A DNA stretch of 64,000 nucleotides from Tubiluchus corallicola (taxonomy: Eukaryota; Animalia; Priapulida): assembly GCA_030141605.1 (NCBI GenBank), contig JAQGDQ010000006.1:1302001-1366000 (forward strand), given 5' to 3'. This document shows, piece after piece, positions 51,701-64,000 of the stretch (position 1 is its first letter; the number at the start of each line of letters is the position of its first letter). Both the position numbers and the translations under genes were made by a program. Below the pieces are notes generated by a model that saw only the letters and a list, made by a program, of their open reading frames with translations, ran no database searches and was not told the DNA's origin.

Positions 51701-54700
51701 GCTTCTGTGTTTCAAAATGCATTTTGTGTTTTAATATAAGAATGCTAATATACAAGTTATAATCAAAAGGTTCTGTTTTTAAATTCTATTGCTCCTGGTT
51801 TTTTTCCATCATTTGTGAAGTATGTTTTATGGCAATCCATTAGATTTGAACAAATTAATCTTTTTTTTGGCTAAAAGGTTATGTTAATATTATTAGCTAC
51901 TGCTTTTTTGTTTGATGAGCTGTTGTTTATGTGCTTTAGAAGTAAGTTATGTTATTTTTGGATAGGAGAGCAAGGAGACAGTAAGGATCAGAAAGCCTAA
52001 GCGCAAGACTGCGATACCCAGAGTTTCTCAACAAAACATGCCAAACATGTCATCATCACACAGTGATGCTGATGTTCTTGATCAAGAGATAAATAAATTG
52101 AGACTTTCAACTCGTGGAAGTGCTCCAGAATTTACTTTCTTACGTCAACTTCAAACCAAAAACTTGGTAAGCAGTCGATATTTTTAAAGTATAAAAACAT
52201 CGACACCCTAAATGCTGTGACAAACAAACAGAACAATTTAGGTTACATTTAAATTATTTTGTCAATTTTAGCATTGTGAGTTTGTGAGATTTGTATTGTT
52301 TACCAGAAATATATGCTGAATTGTATAAATATTGCACAAGTCGCTAGGTATTCAGTCAGGGCCGGTGCTTGGAAGTGCAGAACCCAATTAGAAAATTGTT
52401 AGCAGGGCCCTCTAGCCTACAAAAGCTGAAGATTGATGTTTTATGCTCGTGTAGTATGCCAGTCTGAGCGTAAAAGTGTTGAGAGCTTGAGGCCCTATCA
52501 TTATCCACAAAGATATACTAAAAATTGAAAGCTTCAATGTTTTATTATAAGTCAAGATAATAACTGATACGCTATTTGTGCATAGGTCTTTCCTGGCTTT
52601 TTGTCTGAGAAATCCTTCAAAATCATTTCAAAGTCAACAGTTTTTGTAATGCCATTTTCTATAGATAGCATCACCAAATTATTTAGTCACCCTTGTGAAA
52701 TTGTTTGACCCCAATAGTCATAGATATGTTTTAATCTGTGTTGAGGATTTGAATAAAATCCACAAGTTAGTAAAATTAAGATCCAGTGACAATCTAATTA
52801 ATGCATATAGGACTTGCCAATTACCTTTTATTAAAAAGGTGAATGATGACAATAAACTGAAATTACAAAGAATAAACAGACGATCAGCAGAAACACATTT
52901 AAACGTAGATATACGAGGACAGACTGAATAGTTTTGTTGCCTTCACAGTATCAAGAAACTTCGTACACATTGTACACTCATTAATTCATCATAGCGCCCT
53001 CATCTCAAGCATGTGCGTGGAGCCCCCTCGTGGCACAGGCCCGATTTGAATAAATCGGCCTATAGGCGTAAAATTGGCCCTGCATTCAGTACTACAGGCC
53101 ACTATGTTGCAACTGTGAAAGAAATGTTAATTGATTAAAATATTTGCAATTCTTTTCTTACTCTGTTCATATTTTACTTAATACTGTAATGGCAAACAAG
53201 ATACAAAGCATTATAATTGGTTTTCTTTAGTTCTTTTTTGCCTATGTACAAATTTTTTTGATCATAAAGTTAATTTCTTTAAGCAATCTAAGTTATTTTC
53301 GAGATCACTTAAGGTTACAATGCTAAACTAAACGCGAAGCATTATAATTGTTTTTTTTTAGTTTTTTAACTGTACCTAGAAAATTTAATAATCCCTATAA
53401 TCAGACTGTTTGTTTAATCTTGTGTTTTAGATCGAAGATACAGGTGACCATAATTTGGAAAAAGGTAACTATCTTCTAACATTACATATGTAGATCAAAT
53501 GATTGGTAATTCTGTTATTGCCATTGCTTGTTTTAAACATTTTGCTTATCAAAATCTTTGACGAACCTTGATAATTACTTTCATGCCATATTTTTGTTTT
53601 CTTATTCTGTGAGAGTAATGACATTGTGAAATATTGCAGATAAAGGAAGATCAGGAAATGTGTCATTTTCGTTAAGTAAGTGCGTTCTAAGTTATTTCTC
53701 ACTTTAACTATTACTGCAATTGACTTACATACTTATTAATATTTACAGTTAACACTATTTTAAACATATTCGTTTTAGTTGCAGCTTTTACATCAAATCT
53801 CAGTACAGTACTATCCTGAAAGCTTGGAAATGTGTCTGATCTTAGCGGCTCCTTTTAATTGTGTCAGTTGTTTGCTATTGGTTTATGCAGTGGTGTAATA
53901 ACATGGTGATTTTTTTTGTAATTCTTTAAAAAATCTTGAAACACGATAAATGACAGAATTAAGAGTAAAATTAATTAATTCATCACATTAAAAATTTAAC
54001 CTCTCTCTCTCTCTTTCTCTTTGCTCTTCCTAGCATTTGAGGAGCCAACTGTGGAAGAATCCACTGAAGAAGTAGAATTATTGCAGGATACGAAACAGCA
54101 TGATTCTCTCAATGAGTAAATCATTTTATTTTTAGTTTTATACATTAGATTACAAATTATTTTTTCCTTGTGGATGTAAAATGCATAGGCACCACAAACA
54201 TCTTCATGATAGATAAACTTTATGTAATTATTCATTAACAAATGTTAGTTTAAGTCAATGATTTTGGTACTTATTTTATGCATTTTTGACATTGATTTAT
54301 ACAACTTGTGTCCGGTGCCAGAACATTTTTCAGCTTTTATGAAAGTAATGTTCTTTTAAGTAATAGAACACTTCATTGAAGCAGCGCAGTTGTTATTTAA
54401 CGAATCTTTCTGGCACCAATACTTATGTCTGTTAAAAGAGTTAGTTGAACGAAAAAGTATGTAATACAATTAAATTTACAGTGCAAAGGAGCCCGAAGAC
54501 ATTGTCGAAGCTTGCAGTGCTTTGGATATGAGCAATAAGTCACACGCAGCTGATAGCACATTGAAAGATGATTCAGGTTTGTGTTTCCTAAAATGATAAA
54601 ATGGTTTGCTTCTTTTACAAATACTTCAAAATATCTAATATTATGGCATATTCAATACTGAAGTCTGGTATGTACTGGGCAACTAGTGGGCAGCGTACAA

Positions 54701-57700
54701 AGTGCTGTTTTGTAATAAAAGTGTGTAGCTGTTAATAAGTGATACAATATGTGAATTAGTTGCTCATTCGAACATTAACTGAGTCACCAATGCTTAATTT
54801 CATCATAATTTTCCATAATGTTTAAACTGGCACATCACTTTTGAATTGATTTGTCACTCAGTTTGACAACAGTCATGCTTTGATGTTTCAGCACATTTAA
54901 ATTGAGATTTGTATTTGCTTTTTGCCATGGTTTTGTAAATTTATTCTAGCTAATGTTTCAGTCACTTACTGTGTTTCAGATTTTGCATATCATAGGTTTG
55001 AAGCCAGAAGAAGCACTCGCAGAAAGCGATCTATGCCAACCAGCATTGCCCATCATCGCTTGCGTGTTGTTCGACATCCGGGTGATATACGAAAGGGTTC
55101 CATGCCTGTTACTAGTGCCGTAAAAAAGATGTTTGATCACACACCTCATCATGTAAGTAATAAGCATACGTGGAGCTTGTTATTACTACTATATTACTTA
55201 TTATTACTTTCAAAAATAAGCAGTGATATTATTATCAGAATTATATAGCTACACCCTAGAGGAAACGATTAACTATAAGAATTATGGAGAATTGCTTGAC
55301 TTTAACAGCACAAGTTCTATAAAAAAAATTTACTGCAATTTTTTTAATTTTTGTTGCTAAAAAGTTCTGTGAATATTATTTTGTTAATATAGTAATTTGT
55401 ATTCAAGGGTCTGCTGACACAAGTCCCTTTATTTTTCATAGAGAAAAAATTAATCAAAATTAGTCTGACCTAAAGAACTTTTTAGTAACATTGTTCTCTC
55501 CCTTGCTACTTTATTAGTGACTTTTTAAATTTTTGTATTGTATCCATTTAATATAACTGACCTATCTCCAATAGATGAAGCTTTTTACCTTGATCAAATA
55601 TCGGCACTTGTCTATCAGTTTAGTCTTGATAGCTCATATGCGTTTTGATTATATCTTGGTTAAAGACTTGCCTTGTCAGCACTAACTGTTTATGCTGAAT
55701 ATAAAAGGTCTTTGTTTAATCAAACTATATATTCCATACCGAGCAGATAATATTAATGTGCAAAGGGATAAGTCTGCTTGTTATCCAAAATTTCATCAAA
55801 TTTTAAGATTTTTATAAATGAGTGGTTTTCTGAATATTTTGTTTAGGATATTTTATATAGTTAAATGGTATTAATATTTATGCACAACTTTAGATAACTA
55901 TATACTAGATATGATAAACTTTAAGGAAGATTAAATTTTAGTTAAGATCACATAGAAATGGTTTTGTTTTTTGTTTTTGCCATTACCCTACGCTTCTTGC
56001 TTTTAGCTGTTTGTTCAAATGGATGAGCTAAAAACTTGGAATCGTAGATTACTGTGGCAGGAAACGGCTCGCTGGATTAAATTCGAGGAAACTCTTCAGG
56101 AGGGATCTGATAGATGGGGAAAACCGCATGTTGCTACATTGTCTTTTCACAGTTTACTGAAACTTCGAAAGTGTATAGAAAGTGGTACGGAAAATAATAC
56201 AAAAATCCTGAAAATTTGCACGTGAAATTTTGTTGACATATTATTTGGTTGTTTTGTATCTCAGTAAAAACATTATTACTAGTTGGCAAAAATCACTTGT
56301 AACACTGCTATTACTAAGTGCTTCTTTACCAACATGCTTGTATCAAGTTATCTGCTAGCTGTTTAGAACAAAAATCCATAAAGTGAGAAACCTGTAAGCC
56401 TAAGAAAATGGAAATTAGATATTTTCCCAATGTTGTGCCTTGCATTAAAATGTTCTGCATTGTTAGCATTCTCCAGTAACAACACTTGTATCCTTTTGAA
56501 GCTTTGACAGTTCTTTACATGCAGTCATTTTGTTGTTTTTACTCTGATTCATGCTTTCACGATTGAACATTCTTCATTCCATTTAAATGACATCGCTTTT
56601 GCTAACTGCAGTGTGTTCAGTTTTTTAGCATACTTTTCATGTGCAATCAACGAATGTTAATGAATGTTTAGTAAAAACTATGAGCTTTTTCTGATAGGCT
56701 GTATGATATTTGATCTGGAAAAGGTCACGTTGTTTGATGTCTTGTCGACCGCTGTCGAACGATTGCGAATAGCTGATCACATAAAAACTGATGACATGTC
56801 AGAATTAACACAGCTACTGCTTTTGCCTCACAGGTATTATGCCTCTTTTTGTTGACAACAATATGTTAAATAATAATCAGCTGCTTCATGTTTAATTCAC
56901 ACATAGCTTATTGTCTACAAACTAAAAACTACTTATTTATGTAGTTTATAGCCCATAGACAGCTGTAACTGTCATTGTCTGCAAACTTAAAGCTACTTAT
57001 TTATGTAGTTTCTAGCCCATAAACAGCTGTAACAGTCAATTTTAAGACATAAACTGTTATTATAACATGTGGCGCTGTTTATTAGACTTGTGGCTAATAT
57101 AATTGGTCACCTAAGTGACTCAAAAATGTCTGGTATGGGCCGCTTCTATTCAAATCTATATAAACTGTAATTGATACATTCACTGGTACTTGACACAAAT
57201 ATCTCTGCATAATTGACTTAATATTTTTCCTTTACGTACTTAAAATAAGACACTTGTGTGTGCCCAAAGAGCTTTTGCTGCTTTTATATCATATTTACAT
57301 CAATTGTAGAAACAATCATTTCAAGTACAGCTTTGTTTGTAAGCAGGTACAGTACGTTTATCATATGCGCTAATATTATAGCGTAGTGGTTTTTGCTCTG
57401 AATCTGTCATCCACTTGTCCGCTGCAATTGACCTTGTTGTTTTTGGAAGTTAAGCAGCATTTATTCACTTTGCTTTTGAAGTTCCCCTGTTTTTCACAGG
57501 GGAAACAAGGTCACCATTAACTGCAGCTCAATCTCTGGGTGACTAAGCATTTTGAGTGAATATGTACAGCAACAGATTTTCAATGTTTTTATCACTATAA
57601 GAATTTCATAAACCAACTTTTTCGTGAAGAAACGAAGCATCCAATCTTGTAATTTTTGTAATTTTTAATGGTAATAATCAGATTTGTGTGATTTTTGATT

Positions 57701-60700
57701 TTATTTTTTTATTAATTCACTTATATAAATTTATATTCTTAAGTAATTGCACTTACGAATTTTGAAATTAATTCATTTCTAAAATTCATTTAAAGCCTTT
57801 GCAATGCATACTAAGGTGGTGAGCTATGGCTCATACTTGTATAGTTGCAATAGGTTACATTACGTCGGCTAATTGAATCAGTCGGTTAACTGGGTCAAAA
57901 CACTGCCATCCCAAAGTGAGTCTATTAAATGGCACCTACTGTATTTCGAAGCTTAATTAATGTTCCTTGAAATTGTACATAATATTGTAACTGCCATAAA
58001 TTTATTGATGGACCAATTGTACACAACCAAAAATTAGCAGGATTACTTATTGTGAGACTTACACTGATTTGTGATACCTAGACTGTTCTAACCACAGTGA
58101 AATACTGGAAAAAATTATTCCCAAAGATCATTGCAATAGGCTATTTTTGCCAAAATGTTAGCAAAGAAATAAGAACGGTTCATGTTACACGTAATCTGGC
58201 TCCATGTTCCTGCATACGGTACTTGAAATTACATCAACAGCTAATTACTACATTTCCCTGACTTGCACAAAATCCTTTGTATTTCAGTATGGGTTGCATT
58301 GGAAATTGCCTATTTAAAGATCTTAACACAGTGTGGCACAATCTCTGAAAATCATTTTAAAATGTGTGCCCGAAAGTAATATATTATTGCTTTGTAAATT
58401 GCATTACCTTTCTTAAAATTTATTTTTTTCAGGCGGGTAGGCCATAAAGGTTTAGGATATCTGCGACAGAATTCCTTTGCACTTTTAAGTCGAATTCGTA
58501 GGTAAGAAAGTGTTGATTTTATAATAGTGTTTTTTACTTTTAAAAGCCTTTATTTGTTTTAATGTGCTGCAAGAGAGGGCATATTATACGGTTGTCTGAA
58601 ATAATAATGAAAAATGTCCATTTATTTACGATAATGATGATGATGATCAGGAAGATGAACATTGATGCCATAGTGGTGATACTGAAGCAGAGCTCGTAGC
58701 TAACCACTGAAGGTCCATTGCATTTGCATTCAGAACAGAGTTTCATCAATATTCAACATCTTAAGAGAATTCGAAAGACTATTTTTTTATATAATTTGTC
58801 ACATTGCAAGCTGGAATCGTTTATTCATTGACGGGCCCACACAACTTTGGTATTTGTACAAGACTGTAGCCTAGCTTAAGGCTAAGCTCCTAAAATGAGC
58901 CACTGAACTGGCAAAGCTACATTAGCCACATTTAGACGTATATACTTCTCCCTCTACATGTACAAGGTAAACAGCCAGAAGCGGTATGGCTATTAAACTA
59001 CCCAAAGAGAGTGTCAAATGCAGTCATTTATCCTACACTGATCAGCCTTAACACTGCTTAACATCAGCTGCAAAGCATACATGCTAGTCCATTCAGATAC
59101 CCACCTTGTTAATATTGTAGTGCCAATTTTTTTTTGTTTATTAAACTTTAAATCTCTCCATAACTTGTTAGCTTAATGAAAACGTGAGAATTTCATTAAC
59201 TATTAAATTCAATTATTTTTTTATTTTGCTAAAATATGCAACTGTGATGTGTTCTAGTGTGGATGATTTACAAGTTAACAATTTTTACTGCTTTTAGCTG
59301 CTGTAAACTAATGAGAATATATGATCCTAAATATTATCAATTTGAAATTTGCTTCATTGGAATAAGTTTTATTTAGTATGCACTGAATATTCTAATGAGC
59401 AAAAATTACTTTTCAGTAATGTCCTCATTAAACTTCATTAATTCAGTAATTTAATTTAAATTTATATGGGTCATGGTTTATGCCATGGATTACCAACTTT
59501 GGAGTCGCGAAGCAGTTTTTGTGGGGTCGCGGCTAGTTCAAGTACTATTTTTAATAAATACTGTTTTCATGAAAAGTATGTAAGTAGGTCTTGTTTTCTC
59601 TGTCTCTCATTACATCATTTTGTTAAGAAATGTGAAACTGGGTTTTCCCATTCTAAATGTGCTTGATTTTCCGGGAAAATGAAAATGTGCGTTGTTCCAT
59701 GCTGTACACTTGTGTACAGTATATACTGCCCGAAAGCGTGTCACTATTCATTTTGCGTGGGTTCTCCTTAGCTACCTATTGCATTGCAATACTGGTCACT
59801 GAGGAACAGGTGCAACCATCACATTAATTAATTAATGAAACAATCACTCATTGTTCAATAATTTGTTGAAAAGTAAGTTAAAATTAATAAATGCGAACGA
59901 TAATGATATTTAATAGTATAACATGTGATTATGTTCTTCTTGAGGTTGTGATAGGATGCAGGGTTCTGGAAAAGGTTTATACTATTAGCTAAAGATATCC
60001 ATTGTAACTTTGTTTTTTTACAGGTTAAGTTCTAATGCTAAAGATGTAAAAGTCAATGACTCAAATGTGAATGGCGATGCTAAAAGATCTGACCATTTGT
60101 CAGTGCCGGTATGCTACTATGCTTAATGCTAAATGTTACAATATGATAGAATAGGGTTTTTTGGTTGTTCTGTAGAAATAACAAATAACTTTTTTTGAGT
60201 TTTTGACATGACATACTTAGTAGGATTTGATGGTAAAATGTTTTTGTTTACATTTTTGCATGATTTTTGAATGGTGTTTGTGCCTGTTGTCGATTGTTTG
60301 TTATATTTCCTGTTTATGGAGATAGGTTTTTTGCACTTCTGGACCAGAGCCTTCTAGTGAATGTTTTTTGTGTTTTTGGATGCTTTCCTTTGCCTTGTTC
60401 AAAAAGTTTTACAGTGATGGATCTCGAAATGGTATAGTAAGAAATATTTTTACAAAGTAAAATGTTAGATCGATAATTTTGATTAACACTTTGTCCAAAA
60501 AAAGAAGGTGCATCATATTTTTTAAACAAGTAGTGCTGTTTTTTACTGTAGATAATTTCCTACAGTTGCAGTTAACACTTTTGTGGATCTGTAAGAGCTG
60601 CTAAATGCCAAAAATACTCATTCAGTACTTCTTGCCAAGTTAACTTGATCAAATTTCTTGATATTTTTTCAAAGAATTTGTAAACAAAATTGCGCAAATT

Positions 60701-62128
60701 GCAAGTTTTTAGAAGTTCGGAATCCTTAGCCACAGCTTTCGCCAATAGATTTTTTTATACAAGCAACAAGCAGTTCAAGCATTAGGTGAGGAATGATTTT
60801 AATTCGATGTTAATTATTACTGCTGGGTTTCTAAACCTGGGTCATGTGAAATGATCAGTTTTCACTCAAAGATACCAACTTTAAAGTTGCAAAATGATTT
60901 GATGAAGCACTGTTTTTTTGTATTGATAGGTTTTTTGCTTTTGTTTAGAAAATTAAAAGAGGTAGTAGTAAAAATTCTATTGAAGATGGCAGTACCCCTT
61001 TAGCCACATATACACCACCACATACTACAGTAAGGTCTGAGATAAGGTCTGCAGTGGCTGACATCTTAGTTCGTATTCCTCCTGATTCCGAAGCTGCTGC
61101 TGTACTAATCGGAACTACCGACATTCTAAGTCAACCAGCTGTGGCCTTTATACGAATGGCCGAAGGTAACTTCAATCCATTAATTAATTTTGTTTTTATA
61201 GCATTTTTCTTCACTTAGTATGGTACAATTTGTTTCTTATTATGAAAGTTCAATGAAACAAAAAGTTTTTGCATGTTTTTTTCTTGTAAACAATATTGTT
61301 CAGAACATCTGTAGTATTGTGATAAGTACCTTGAAATATGCAGTTTTTATTGTGATATGTCACATTTTTTATTGTCCACATATGCAACAATATGTTACTA
61401 GAGTGGCTCTTTTTATAAAATTGGTTTATATCTTGCCTTATACCGAGCGCTATAGTTTTGTTGAACATGATCACACTGTAATAAACTTTTATTTGTTATA
61501 TAAATTCGATTATTCAGAGATATCTATAGATGTATCATTGCCTAAATGCAAGAAAACAGTGAGTTTTTTCAGGTAATGCTTGTACAAGATTTCTCTAATT
61601 TTTGCTCTTTTTCTTTGTTTTTTTATCATTATGTGTATTGAAAATCTGAAATTAAATCATTAGTTTTTTGTCTTTATTAAGGATATTCTAAGTGAAAAAA
61701 TAATTATTTGTTCGGAGAGTTAGTATTTGCTATGTGCTATCTGCTATATTAGCAGATATCTAAAATCATTATGTAAGGTTATTTATACTAATGTACAATA
61801 ATGACACCAGATGGCGCTACCGTTTTAGTTGTGAGAAGAACTGAACAATATAAACCTTATTTATTGTTTATCGAGTAGTGTCAGAAAATACAATATCCGT
61901 GTTACTGGGAATTCAAAAATCTCTGGTATTGTTTATTGAGGTTACATCTTTTAAAGCTGTTACTAAAAATGTTTTATAATTGTTTATGTCTTTACAGGCG
62001 TCGTAATGCAACAGTTAACTGAAGTACCTCTACCAGTGAGATTTTTCTTCATATTGGTTGGCCCTCGTGATTCAGAGTTGGATTACCACGAAATTGGTCG
62101 TGCTTTAGGAACTTTGCTTGCCGATCAG
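48765..62128 (+). CDS. SLC4 anion exchanger (band 3/AE2-like), N-terminal cytoplasmic domain, 3'-partial (611 codons in window)
   Basis: 14 in-phase exons: 48765-48821, 49278-49476, 51467-51642 (FPHVHRSL, His tract), 51966-52166, 53431-53464, 54034-54115, 54482-54576, 54980-55152 (HRFE..DHTPHH), 56007-56184 (LFVQMDEL..WQETARWIKFEE..RWGKPHVATLSFHSLLKLR), 56698-56833, 58433-58501, 60024-60108, 60949-61165 (IPPDSEAAAVLIG..AFIRMAEG), 61998-62128 (EVPLPVRFFFILVGP..YHEIGRALGTL). The transmembrane domain lies beyond the window. Confidence 0.9.
50018..51116 (+). mobile_element. pogo/Tigger-derived non-autonomous DNA transposon, both ends intact (1099 bp)
   Basis: TA|CAGTAGTCGCCGCTTAATAGACT ... AGTCTATTAAGTGGTGACTACTG|TA (23-bp TIR, 2 mismatches, TA TSD). 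Internal transposase C-terminal remnant ALHLLAMSW..SEQTIQN and KQPTLKEFL*. Confidence 0.92.
52357..53082. mobile_element. hAT-family MITE (726 bp)
   Basis: TIRs CAGGGCCGGT / ATTGGCCCTG; 8-bp TSD TATTCAGT (52349-52356) and CATTCAGT (53083-53090); GGGCCC-rich subterminal motifs. Confidence 0.85.
56910..57037. repeat. 64-bp tandem duplication (2 copies)
   Basis: ATTGTCTACAAACTAAAAACTACTTATTTATGTAGTTTATAGCCCATAGACAGCTGTAACTGTC is repeated at 56974 with about 6 substitutions. Confidence 0.9.
57066..57941 (+). mobile_element. Third, more diverged copy of the pogo/Tigger-derived element
   Basis: Degraded left TIR (GCGCTGTTTATTAGACT) and right end CCCAAAGTGAGTCTATTAAATGGCACCTACTG|TA. Shares internal blocks with 50018-51116 (CAGCAACAGATTTTCAA, TTAATTCACTTATATAAAT). 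Confidence 0.85.
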
Positions 62129-62334
62129 GTACATTCCATTTTGTTTTACGTTTAACATGTGGATAGTGCACCATTGCAATTCTGAATGTTAGTAAGAAAC
62201 TAATCATCAGATGCAATATAGTCGAAAAAAACTATCTAGGGGAGGGTTACACTTCAGTTAGAAAAAATGGTAGAAAATATGTTAAAATTAACCTTTCCTT
62301 GTTAATTTTAACGATATTGTATTGTAGAAGAATT

Positions 62335-62990
62335 GAGCATCCCGGGATCAAAAAAATGTGTTACATAAAATTGTCAATCTTGAATTCAATCATCAACTAC
62401 TTAAACATGGTGAAAATCGATATATGGTTTAAAAGTCTTTGAAGAGGTTGCATTCAGCTATGAAATAGGGACTGCTATGAGATGGAGACATAAATGCTGA
62501 GATGCAACATTATCAATAATGTGAAAAACCGGGAACAGTTTGCCAATACATACGAAATTACTTACAACTGTTAGTATTATTATTATTATTATTAATATTA
62601 GTAATTATTCAAATACCAATTTAAGTTGCTCTAGCCAAAACAAGTAGGCTACTGTAACTGAAGCTGAATGATCACTTCTTAAAAGTGCTGCCAAATTCTA
62701 GTATTTTTAAAACATTCATATATTCTGAGTGAATCTCAGAGATCACTTCCGATTCAGACGTAATACATAACCCATTACTATTTCAGAGTTCAAGCAAGTA
62801 AAATCTGCAACTTTTCACTAACTCAGATCAGTTTGAAGTGGTAGCATAATGTTTCATACGAATGAAGTAACAAATTATGTCTGTTGTGAACTGTTGTAAT
62901 TTTTATGCATGAATTCCTGGATCCTGGGATCGAGTGTTCTAGCCCCGGCATTGATAATTTTTCTAGGATCCCGGGATTGAGACTTTTAGC
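62335..62990. mobile_element. Degraded DNA-transposon (possibly hAT) relic with CCCGGGAT subterminal motifs
   Basis: CATCCCGGGATC at ~62338 and clustered ATCCTGGGATC / GGATCCCGGGATTG at 62915-62980. No clean TIR or TSD recovered. Confidence 0.4.
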
Positions 62991-64000
62991 CACAAGGTCT
63001 TGGATTTGAGCAGAGCATTTCCCGTTTTGACAAATCATAAAGTTTTAGTTGTTGATCGCCAACTGTTTCTGTATTCGTTATTTAAACTTCTCATAATGTA
63101 GCTATCATTTATATTTTTTTCAAAAAATTAGAAAACAATTCCGTGCAACATGTAATGTAATGTAATGATATTATAATTATCTCATCGCATACAAAGTAGA
63201 TGCTTTGTCTAATGAAATTGGTTATATGAAATGTTACAACAGCTGGCTGAACAAAAATTTAATTTTCCAAAAGTATTATAGTAAATTGAAAATGCAAACA
63301 ACTTTGTCATGCACAAAAGTAAATTTACATTATGCGACTTACAAAAAAGAAGTGATGCTGTTCAAAGAAACTTTTCTGTACAACTCTTTGTGAGGTTCGT
63401 AAGTTAACTCCTATGTGATACTGTACAAGCTTGTTTGCCTGACCCCTAGCCACAAGACCCTGTGCCTGTGTTTGTGCCATGCAGGTACTAAAATTGCCTT
63501 TGTAGGCAGGCAGGTACCTTTATTTTAAGGATTAAGAGTAGAAGCTTTGTATGTCAATGGCAGTTCACCGGATGGCTTCCTGAGTGGTTGTGTGTCAAAG
63601 TATTTTTGAATGTGGTGATTTCAGAAATGTATTATCAGGAATATTTGTAATTACATTTTGCATGTTCAATTTATGCTTACATTTATTTTTTGCTAAGTGT
63701 CAATCCATTGGGCTATATGCAAGTTCTTAGTTGAAAATTTCTACATTTAAATTAGAACAACGAGAATGAGAATGAATCCTGTTTCACTGCAAAATAAATC
63801 CGTTTATAAAGTTATACCGCAAGCGAGTAACCCAAAAATACTTTGGTAACAATTATTGCAAAAGATAGATGCATCCCAAGTGTCGATAGGAAATTTGGAC
63901 TATTGAATTTTACTGTCTCGCAGGCTGCTTTGTATATTGTGCCAGAATTTTTTTTGACATGTCTACGCCTCCAGAGCTATATTCCATAAAGTCTCTGTAT

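Noticed and set aside
58630-58690. C/D-box snoRNA candidate (ATGATGA...CTGA)
   Set aside because: The boxes arise from a decayed (GAT)n tract, with no terminal stem or evident guide sequence.

Overview
AT-rich, intron-rich eukaryotic (invertebrate metazoan-like) genomic DNA, annotated by hand from splice sites and reading phase. It holds four spliced protein-coding genes. (1) A + strand, 18-exon, ~1432-aa type II membrane mosaic protein (TM-SEA-EGF-~53x10-aa mucin repeat-5xLDLa-SRCR-trypsin-like domain). Its protease domain has lost the catalytic His and Ser but keeps an RRVKR|LVGG activation junction. (2) A - strand Rab20-like GTPase, convergent with gene 1. (3) NSUN5 rRNA m5C methyltransferase on +, head-to-head with the Rab and with a GC-AG first intron. 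(4) The 5' part of an SLC4/AE-like anion exchanger that runs off the window end. NSUN5 intron 6 contains a decayed CR1/L2-like LINE whose ORF1 appears to carry a KH RNA-binding domain in frame behind the PHD-coiled coil-RRM core; this is the most unusual feature. Introns also hold three copies of a pogo/Tigger-derived element, a hAT MITE with an 8-bp TSD, a Tc1-like long-TIR MITE, a foldback element, a structured GC-rich insert in a (TA)n tract, a tRNA-like SINE head and microsatellites. No database searches were run; family assignments rest on remembered motifs.
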